A DNA stretch of 63,856 nt, counting the filler, from Collodictyon triciliatum (lineage: Eukaryota): NCBI GenBank assembly GCA_043381765.1. It is 6 parts of 6 records of this genome, joined end to end, with 100 filler letters (N's around TTAATTAATTAA, not from the genome) between each part and the next. Parts side by side here need not be neighbours in the genome. Positions count along the whole stretch, not along the records: positions 36,171 to 48,110 come from JBHJMP010002269.1; positions 48,211 to 60,147 come from JBHJMP010002270.1; positions 60,248 to 63,856 come from JBHJMP010002386.1; 3 more parts are not named here. One strand, written 5' to 3'. The notes beneath the pieces were generated by a model. The model worked only from the letters and a program-made list of their open reading frames with translations, did no database searches and had not been told where the DNA came from. This document shows, in pieces, positions 38,609 through 63,856 of the stretch (within the stretch, counting starts at the first letter, position 1; each line of letters starts with the position of its first letter). The translations under genes were made by a program, and so were the position numbers.

Positions 38609-40055
38609 GTGTTGTTGTTGTTGTTGTTGTCTTATTGCTCTTACACATATTCCTGTTGACCAGAAGAAAAGAAGCATAAAACCCATAAGAGCAAGAAGCC
38701 AAAGGATCTCCCCACAGAAGAATCAACTGATGAAAAAGTGGAGCCTGAGAATAAGAAGAAAACAGGTATGTTCGTTGAATTGTTTAGCCTTTTATTTTAA
38801 ATGTTTCTGTAATCCCGATTTGTACCGATTCGTGATATTTATTATTTTAATTTTGTAATAATTCACCCTTCTCTCCATCACACCCACAGCTACCACGCCT
38901 GAAGAGGTACTGAAAATGGTTGGCAAAATCGAAAGCTACATGTCCGATCCAGATGTTTGTTTCAATCGATGTACAACAGAAACAATCATATTAGCAACTG
39001 GATTCAGGAGCGAACAATTTGTCATGCCTTTCACAGACGTCCTCTCATATTTTTTTCTTTTTCTCTTTCTCCTTCTCTTATATATGTGCAGTTAGTCAAT
39101 TTAACATTCATATAATAGAGTGCCGGAAAGATTATCACTGCTCTTAGCAAAATGATGACACTAGAGTATAGTCTCGATATTTTAAAGGTGAGATAGAGAT
39201 TTAGAAATTAAAAGGAGGACACCGCTGTAATATTTATTGATAACAAGGAAATGTATCTACGAACAAAAAGTCTTTATTTCTGCAATTTTCGCCAATATGA
39301 AACAAATAATCAACTTGTCTGCAATTTCCGACGTTGTTCAATATATTCCTTTCTTCTTCTCCAGATGTATACCTGTTTTACATAAGTTTTCAGTGCGCTC
39401 ATCTCCAGAACGAAAACAGAAAGATTACCACAAAAACCTAATCGCACACACACAAACACACACATAAACACACAAACACAAACACACACAGAAAACCGGG
39501 GTGGGACTGATGATCCGCAAGCTGCGGCAAATGGAGAACAAAACGATTCGACGGATGTGCAAAGCATTCCGCAAAGAGCTCGTTGCAGTGGTGGAGAAGT
39601 CTGTTGGGTCAAACGCATGGGCGATGGACCCGCTTGTAAATACGCAGGACGCAAAGCCACCCGCAGCGCAGGAGCAGCCGCAGAATCCGCACAGCCAAAC
39701 CCCACCTCCAGGCGACGAGACTGCCGCACCGGCCGCCGAAACCGAAGGCCAGAAACAAGCAGGTGAGCCCGGCCAACCCGCGCCTGAAGCCGCAGACACA
39801 AAAGTCAAGGCTGAGGCTGAGGCTGAGGCTGAGTTCGGCCCGGTTACTCTCCCAAGCGTTCCGGACGAGGCGATGAAGGAGAGCGTGTCTGGGCAGACGG
39901 CAGATGCCGCGTGTGGTTTGCCACAAGACAGGATGGATGTGCAGGACGAAGAGGCCAGCCGTGCAGACGCGAGTGTGGCCGAGCAGATGGGCGCCGCCTG
40001 CAAGACAGAGCACAGCCTCCAAAGCACAGAGCCCAGTGCGGTTTCGCTCGATTAA
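36954..40055 (+). CDS. PWWP-domain chromatin protein with a Lys/Glu-rich linker and a TFIIS N-terminal (TND)-like domain
   Basis: FKPGDLVWYRVKGFPFWPAKI...YLIRFFGTKDYYY (PWWP); spliced TTPEEVLKMVGKIESYMSDPD|SAGKIITALSKMMTLEYSLDILK|KTGVGLMIRKLRQMENKTIRRMCKAF (TFIIS-N signature LxxTGVGxxIxKLR). Confidence 0.88.
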
Positions 40056-40516
40056 GCGCAAAGGACTCTGCGTGTGTGTGTGATGCTTATTGCTCTGCTT
40101 GCCGTGTTTTCTTTTATCTTCTTTTATCGCTTAGCTACTTGCATCTGTTTTTTCTTTTCTCTTTTTTTATTTTCTTCTCAATTTTTTCTTTTTTCATTTC
40201 TCATAGTCACACTTGTGAGATGGGATGTTATGGAATATATACCGCACACATAAACCAAACATGATAATCGGGCAACGGAATTGCTTCTGCGACTGTGTCT
40301 GTGTCTGTGTCTCTTCTTCTTACTTGATGTCTGCTATGCTTTTCTTTTTTGATTATTTTCATATTATTTTTTTAATGTTTGATTATTATTATTATTTTTT
40401 TTATTATCACGAATCACAACGCCAGACAAATGATCATCTGCTGTGATCACGCCAGACCATAACCACAGAGGCATAGCAGGAAGCACCAGACACAAGGCCA
40501 GTCCGCCGAACAGAAA

Positions 40517-41491
40517 ATGAGTCTCCTCACTCCGCTTCGATCGAGCCTCGCGTTGCGCACAGAGGCTTTGAATGCCCTCGTGACTTTCCCTTTCCTTTTC
40601 TTTTTTTCTTTTTCTTTTTCTTTTTCTTGATTTATTCTTTTTTCTTTTTCTTTTTCTTTTTCATTTTCTTCTTTTTCTTTTCTTTTTCTTTTTCCCTTTC
40701 CTTTTCTTTTTTTCTTTTTCCTCTCCTTTTTTTCTTTTTCCTTTCCTTTTTTTTCTTTTTCCTTTTCTTTTTTCTTTTTCCTTTTCTTTTTTTCTTTTTC
40801 TTTTCTTTTTCTTGATTTATTCTTTTTTCTTCTTTTTCTTTTTTTCTTTTTTTCTTTTTCTTTTTTTCTTTTTCTTTTTTCCTTAACACCGCCTACCGGC
40901 ACCTTTTTGTCTCTTTCTTTGCTCGCTTGCAGTTCCAGCCCGCTCGAGCTCTGACCTCGAAGCAAAAGCGCATCGCCTTCCGTGAAAAAGGAGTCCTCCC
41001 CACAGACACCTTCAAGAGCAAAGACGACATCGTCAAAACTATCCAGCGTCTGCAGGTGAGTTTCCAAGTCCTTTGCCACGCGTGGCCTCCTTCCGTTTGT
41101 TGGTTTTTCTCGCTCAGCAAGGCTCATCCTTATACACGCGGCTGTTTAGTTGAGAAAAGAGGGACTCCAAGAGGCCGGCAGTGATCAAAAAGTCGCCAAA
41201 GTCGAGGCATGTCACGTTTCCTTCCTATTCGTCCCTCGACTCGGCCTTCTCTATCCTCTTATCGACGGATGATGCGGTTCTCGCTATGCGCGGATATTCT
41301 GACTTTATTCCTCTTATCGATGTCTCTTAACAAAACAGAAGCAAATCAAGTACTACGAAAACCTCGGCAACCGTGTCTACTTCCGCTTGCGTGAGGGAAC
41401 AATCATCTCTCGTGCTGCCCAGTGCGATCCACGCCAAGTGGCAAACATGAAGAAGCAAGAGGAAAAGGCTGTAGAGCAGAAAACCGCTTAA
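40517..41491 (+). CDS. Small basic protein (~130 aa) with a probable mitochondrial presequence, four exons
   Basis: MSLLTPLRSSLALRTEALNAL|FQPARALTSKQKRIAFREKGVLPTDTFKSKDDIVKTIQRLQ|LRKEGLQEAGSDQKVAKVE|KQIKYYENLGNRVYFRLREGTIISRAAQCDPRQVANMKKQEEKAVEQKTA*; GC-rich exons between U-rich introns. Confidence 0.75.
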
Positions 41492-41927
41492 AAACAAACA
41501 AACAAACAAACAAACAAACAAACAAACAAACAAACAAACAAACAAACAAACAAACAAACAAACAAACAAACAAACAAACAAACAAACAAACAAACAAGAA
41601 TACAGACATACATAATAGCAAAAGAGAGCCGATTAAGAAAAATGAAGAAAAAAAGGAAAGGAAGGTACATCTTGATTTTAAGTGCAATAGCAAACGATGC
41701 CTTGATTTCTTGGCAAGTGTCTGGGTGAAGGATTGAGATGTGGTATATCTTATTTGTATTTGAATGCGAATATATATTGTATGCGGATGAAGAACTGGGA
41801 AATAGTCGTCATGCAAATCGACTGACTTAGCGTTGGTTAGTATCTACGAGCGGCGCAACGAAGGAGAAAGAAAGCTAGACTCTAGGATATGTCATGGCAC
41901 TGATTTATTGCAAAGAGGAAAGCACTT

Positions 41928-47914
<5,987 letters not shown>

Positions 47915-48110
47915 CTTTTGAATGGCTATATACTTTTATTGGGATGTTTCCCGGTAAAAACAAACAAACAAACAAACAAACAAACAAACAAACAAACAAA
48001 CAAACAAACAAACAAACAAACAAAACAAAACAAAACAAAACAAAACAAAACAAAACAAAACAAAACAAAACAAAACAAAACAAAACAAAACAAAACAAAA
48101 CAAAACAAAA

Positions 48111-48210
48111 NNNNNNNNNNNNNNNNNNNNNNNNNNNNNNNNNNNNNNNNNNNNTTAATTAATTAANNNNNNNNNNNNNNNNNNNNNNNNNNNNNNNNNN
48201 NNNNNNNNNN
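48111..48210. other. Artificial contig-joining spacer
   Basis: 44 N + TTAATTAATTAA (48155-48166) + 44 N. Confidence 0.97.
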
Positions 48211-48972
48211 TGTATGTATGTATGTATGTATGTATGTATGTATGTATGTATGTATGTATGTATGTATGTATGTATGTATGTATGTATGTATGTATGTATG
48301 TATGTGTGCCTACCACAAGCTTGTAATTGTCGAACTATTACCATCATCATTCTTACTGTATTCCCTTGGCATGTCCCAAAAGGCGCAAGGACGGAAGATA
48401 CCTTTATCCGGTGGCAGTCCGCAGAGTGAGGATTTTGAACAAAAAAAAAAATGGACTTTCTGCAACATACATACACATGTCATGAAAAACAACAAACCCA
48501 GCATCTGCTATCTATTCTGGGATGATCTTCAACGCTTTGAAGGCGGCTCGAAATCGTATGCAAAAAGCTATCAGGCGTGAATTGGGAATTGATCAGCTTT
48601 CTCTTGTGTGACGGGCACTTCGTGCGCGCGGAAACCTCATGGAGTCTTTTCCTATTTGTGGTTGTCGTGCCGTAGACAATCAACCCTCATAGCCATGGCA
48701 TTCCTCAGTAACTTCTTTCCACCCGTCCTTACCATCCTTACCCTCTCCTTTGTCTTTCTTTTCCCCTCTTTCTCTCCCTCTCTTATAATCCTCCTTATTT
48801 TCACTGATCTCTCCCCCTCTTTTTTCTTCTTACACTTTCTTCATAGCATTGCCCAAAGAATAGAAGCCAAACAGGAAGTTTAAAGAGACCTGCCTTCTCC
48901 CTGCCTCTTCCAGCTCCACAGCAGCCGTCAGCGCCTGCTTACCTTCTGCGAAAACCTCTGTCTACTCTGATC

Positions 48973-59035
<10,063 letters not shown>

Positions 59036-59382
59036 GTGCACCACCACGTAAGAAATAAAGCCAAGTGAAAAACGCGTCTGGATGGTTTATATGTTTTCCA
59101 TTAATTGATTAACAGCGTGGCCTCTATTTTAAACGGGCATATAAACACCACATCGTCCGTTGTGTGAAATTATTTTGTTTGCTGCTGCAAGAAATATTGT
59201 TCATAGTTGGAGTTTAAGAATTTATATGTGACCATGTAATTGGCTGTCGATAGGCACTAGTCTCGAGTTGATTTGGCTTCATAAACAAGTCGGTAAGAAG
59301 AAGAAAAAAAAAAAAGACATGTACTTTCTGTCTTTTTTTTCTTTTCCGTTCTCTTTTTCTTCCTCTGGTAACAAGTGTTGTG

Positions 59383-59927
59383 ACTAGCTTGAAAAAGGCA
59401 GGATATTGTATCCCTGTAGTGCCCGCCCGGGTGAAATATTAACATTGTCTGGCTTCTTTGTCTGGTAAAGAAGAAATATTATGCTCAGTGACGTGATGTG
59501 GTTATTCAGGAGAAGAAAAAACACATTCCCCGAAAGCAAAAGTGAGTGATGATATGTGATTTTGGGTTTAATGTGGATACCTTTCCCTTATTCTGCAGGT
59601 ACTGCTGTTTTTTTAACCTACATAATATTGCATCGTGAACCCACTGTAAACATTTTCTGTAAAAAAGAAAAAAAAAAGAGGGAATTACGATAAATAGGTT
59701 TTTGGCAATATATAAAAGTGGATCAGAAGTGGAATATACAAGGGAGGTTTTACATAAAATAGAATTAAAATAATGGTCTGTTAAAATATAGGAATGTTTA
59801 CTTTGCTTCAACGGCAACCAATTTCTTTTCCAGTTCTTCGTTTTCCTCTTGGATTTCCAGCAGCTGTTGGTTGTAACCCTCCTTTGTTGAGTTGTATTCG
59901 GCTCGGTCAAGGACTGGTGGGCCGACT
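59383..59927 (-). CDS. 3' exons of an unidentified coiled-coil protein
   Basis: VGPPVLDRAEYNSTKEGYNQQLLEIQEENEELEKKLVAVEAK, splicing plausibly to LKKQQYLQNKGK|TKKPDNVNISPGRALQGYNILPFSS*; 5' part beyond the spacer. Confidence 0.45.
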
Positions 59928-60092
59928 GCAAGAAAGTAATGATAGAATGTAGATGAGTCTGCTGAAAACTGCATTAGCAATCAGAATGAATGATCGCCGT
60001 GTGATATTATCGAGCACTTGGAATCGCTTTTATAAATGTCACGTTTGGAGGTGAAGAAAGCGGTATGTACTAGGAGACATATGTGCAGGACT

Positions 60093-60147
<55 letters not shown>

Positions 60148-60247
60148 NNNNNNNNNNNNNNNNNNNNNNNNNNNNNNNNNNNNNNNNNNNNTTAATTAAT
60201 TAANNNNNNNNNNNNNNNNNNNNNNNNNNNNNNNNNNNNNNNNNNNN
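60148..60247. other. Artificial contig-joining spacer
   Basis: 44 N + TTAATTAATTAA (60192-60203) + 44 N. Confidence 0.97.
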
Positions 60248-60297
60248 AAGCGAAGAAAGAAGAAGAAAAAAAAAATAAATAAATAAAGAAATTATTG

Positions 60298-60328
<31 letters not shown>

Positions 60329-60421
60329 GGGGGTACATTTTCAACAACATATACTGAGACTTTTTTCTTATTGATCCGGACACAAATGCCACAAATAACG
60401 ATGAAACGGAAATAGGGAAAC

Positions 60422-62941
60422 CTTGATTTCCTTCCTTTTTCTTTGCTTCGATTGATCGCACTTTCTGTCGTAATGAAGTGATGCGTTGGTTTTTAAAATA
60501 AAATAAAAACCCTCAAATTTCATCAGAAAACATTATATTTTTGTTTCATGTGTTGCAGAAAATTCACGAAGCCATAGAAAGTGAAGATGAAAAGTAAAGA
60601 GAAAATAGAAAGACTGGACAGAGTCTTTCACAATTGCTTTGTTTACCCTAAGCAAGAGCTGAGCCTTCCGAAAGTCAGGGTCGAGCTTCAAGGTTTCTTG
60701 GAAATGGGTAACTGCTTTATCGCTGCAATAGAAATGTTATATTGTTGAGATCTTTGTCTCACCGAATGTATTCGATCCATCCTCGAGTTATTCGGAAAAC
60801 ATGAAATCACCTTTCACCCATGTTGTAGAAAATGAGTCCGCGCACAAATGTCACATGCGGATTGGAACGGTCTTTTGTGGCTAGTCGTCTGTTAGTGGTA
60901 GAGACGAATAATATAAATGAAAATTGACATATGAAATTAAAAAAAAAAACGATAATATCCTGCGAGAAGCAAAAGTGCCCAGTTTATGCGAGCTTCACGT
61001 CTGTTACATTCGCACAATGAGGCTCCTTGTTCCTTTGACTTTGTGCGTAGTGGATAAAAAATAAAAGAGAGATGAAAGCAAGGGAAGAGGAAAGTAGGTA
61101 GTGTTCCTACGTTGTAATTCCAAGAGCCTCATCTAATTTGTTCCTGGCCATGTATACCTTTTGTAAATAAGAAAAAAGGTTGTATTAGCAGTTTACCTAT
61201 AAGTCTAGGCTAGAAATGCCTCGAATCGAATAAAGAGGAAAAGGCGTGGGCTTAAGTAAGAATGTATGAGATATAACAGTTTTATTTTCTAATTGATTTG
61301 TTAAAGTAAGAGAGTGTTCATTGTAGTGACACAGAAAATATGAGGGGCAAGATAAGGCATCAAAACAGAAAACTTTCATTGAAGATTCATCTTTCACTTC
61401 AGAAAACAGATTCATTGTAACGGATATTGATTTTTTATTTATTTTTTTAAAAAAAAAATGAGAGAAGAAAACCTGGGCTTGAATCAGCTGGAAGTCAGGA
61501 GAACCTGGGCAGTTGTTGATAAGCCTGTTGATTTGTCCTACTGATTCTTCAGCAAAGGACATGTCTTCAATATTTGATCTCAGTGCAGATAAGTCTCTCT
61601 CCAATGTGCTCACCAGGGAGAGCTAATATATATTTCATAGTAGATAGCAGCATTTCGTGCGAGGACAAGCTATGGTCCAAAAGAAGATGTGTGTTCCCAT
61701 CTCTCGAAAGGGAATGAAAATGATAACAACAGTGATTGTCTGTTAATACCTCGCTTCCTCCGGCTGCGGGTTCATATTCACGTGTTTTCTCAAAATATGC
61801 CTTCGCAGCGGACAACTCGCCCATCGCAAGTGCTGCCTTTCCAGCTCTCAGGTATCCCTTTTGTGAGCAAATGTAATTAGGGAACTCCTAATGGTGATCT
61901 TTCAAGTAAAATGAGGAGAGGACTAGAATACGTGGAAATCTCATCCGTGGTTATGATACAAGTACAACATTCTGCAGGAAAAGCTGGTTTCATTACATAT
62001 TAACCACAATGCTAAGAATTTCATAAAAAAAAAAATACCTTGGCAAATGTGCTATCCAGCTCGATGGCTCTCTTTGCATCGCCTAGCGCTTCATTCCACT
62101 GGTTACAGCCGACGAGTTTTCAAACAGGACATGGAGAGAAGGATATATAAGATTGTGTGGCAGAATGATATCAGTGACTATGGTATTCCTCTACATTATT
62201 TCACATTATGGAAGAATCCAAAAAAAAATGTAATTAATTAAAGTGGTTATAGTCCCAAATAAGGTTTTGGTGAGCAAAGTATTGATATCAACGCTTGCCT
62301 TTTCAAGCCCAAGATAGGACGCCGAGCGGTTGCCATAGTAAACTGCTTTTGATGGGTCGAGCTCGATCGCCTGCACGAATGGAACTTGAGAAAGCGAGAA
62401 TACAAAGTAAAAGGCGATGCTTTTTGAATATTAATTGAACATGAAAACTTAAGCGCCACATAGCATTCTATGGACATAGGAAAAGGCAGGCTCTGGATAT
62501 TGAATTAAAATTTGGAGTGTAATATATCAGGCGAGACGAAGGCGAACAACTCAAAGTATACCTGGGTGTAACAACGGATTGCGTCGAAATACTTCTGCTT
62601 CACGTGAAACTGATTTCCCTCGTTCTTCAGCTCCTCGGCACTACATGAATGAAATAAAAAGAAATTGAATAACCTCACTGCAAAGCTGCTAATTGGTCAG
62701 AGAAGAAAGCAAAATACGAAGAAAAAAAGGAAAAGAGAATAGGGTATAGAAAAAAGGAAAGAAAAATAAGGAGATTCGTAGATTGGGCACCAAGCAATCT
62801 TTCCATAGGTCAGATAGAGAAAGTTCTAGAGCACAAGCAACGCACGGCCGTGATTGGCGAAAGGAGAAAGTGATCGCGAAACAGCAGAATCGTTGCATGA
62901 AGAACACAGATCAACCCTTACGTTTTTCCCTCCTGGCTCAT
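60422..62941 (-). CDS. DNAJC7: TPR co-chaperone of DNAJC7/TPR2 type, 5' half (J domain expected beyond the contig end)
   Basis: AEELKNEGNQFHVKQKYFDAIRCYTQ|AIELDPSKAVYYGNRSASYLGLEK|WNEALGDAKRAIELDSTFAK|GYLRAGKAALAMGE; VTFVRGLIFYNM; AVTHFQETLKLDPDFRKAQLLLR|KVRSIEAKKKEGNQ. Carboxylate-clamp TPRs in DNAJC7 order; the J domain itself is not seen. Confidence 0.8.
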
Positions 62942-63629
62942 TTGCTGCTTTCCTTGAGTGGGTTCTTTTCTGCAGTAAACGTTGTTGGGCAACAAGGCAA
63001 GTGAGACGAAAGGAAAGTGAAGTTCGATTGTAGATCAGTTTTTCGGAAAATCAAGAAAGAAAAAAAAACGCACACAAAGTGCTATCTTTTGTTTCAGATA
63101 TTGATGAGTATTAAGTAAGCTGGGAAACATAACGAAGCAGAAGCTACATCGACTGCATTTGCGGCTTTCTGTGGCTGAACTTCTTTCTCTTAAGGAGCTT
63201 TGTGTTTGAAACAAAGTGTGCCGCGTTGCTGAAGCACAGACCCGCATTCTGGAGCAAATGATTAGGATTGAATTGGTTCATCTCTTGGATGAGAAGTCTT
63301 CGGCGCGTTGGGTGCAAGTGTTACCATACATCCAGAAGTAGAAATGAAGTTTCCGGAAACATCTCGCAACTTCTCGATGCTTCTTTTCATTTTTGCATTG
63401 TTCCAGATTTTATCTTCCTATTTTGTCCTTTGTCTAATTATGAATATCTTTTCGCTGAAAATAATGCAACTTATCGGACGTGTCCAGCACGTGTCTTGTA
63501 ATCATTTATAAATTCATATTTTGTTAATAATTAGAGTATATATTTGATTAGAACCTCACATCGTCTCAATTGATGAAATATATAAGATAGGTTATTATTA
63601 ATTCCAGAATTATATAGATAACCGTTGAC

Positions 63630-63856
63630 AGAAAACACAACAGAAAACACAACAAAAAAACACAACAAAAAACACAACAAAAAACACAATAAAAAACACA
63701 ATAAAAAACACAATAAAAAACACAATAAAAAACACAATAAAAACACAATAAAAAACACAATAAAAACACAATAAAAAACACAATAAAAAACACAATAAAA
63801 AACACAATAAAAAACACAATAAAAAACACAATAAAAAACACAATAAAAAACACAAT
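63630..63856. repeat. 11-12-bp tandem repeat (AAAAA[A]CACAAT)n
   Basis: About 19 copies to the window end, degenerate at the left edge. Confidence 0.95.

Overview
This is AT-rich, intron-rich nuclear DNA from a flagellated, mitochondriate microbial eukaryote using the standard genetic code. It is not one locus. Five identical 100-nt spacers (44 N + TTAATTAATTAA + 44 N) join six contigs, and the four complete ones shrink in size order (11967, 11941, 11940, 11937 bp), so neighbourhood across spacers means nothing. Genes reconstructed by hand-splicing: a very large low-complexity protein with nine ~60-aa repeats, an RRM protein (partial), cactin, a mitochondrial RluA/RluC-type pseudouridine synthase, LRRC23 with an N-terminal cytochrome b5-like domain, an LRR-only protein, a PHO80-type cyclin, IFT56/TTC26 (3' part), a PWWP + TFIIS-N protein, a small mitochondrial protein, HEATR5/Laa1 (3' part), Fab1/PIKfyve and DNAJC7 (5' part), plus several orphans. 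The best leads are the b5-LRRC23 fusion, the QT-motif repeat array, the one-LRR-per-exon architecture, strand-biased microsatellites (U-rich in introns, A-rich after stop codons) and a speculative telomerase-RNA-like template. No tRNA, rRNA, CRISPR array or transposon was recognised. All exon structures are manual readings and need RNA-seq confirmation.
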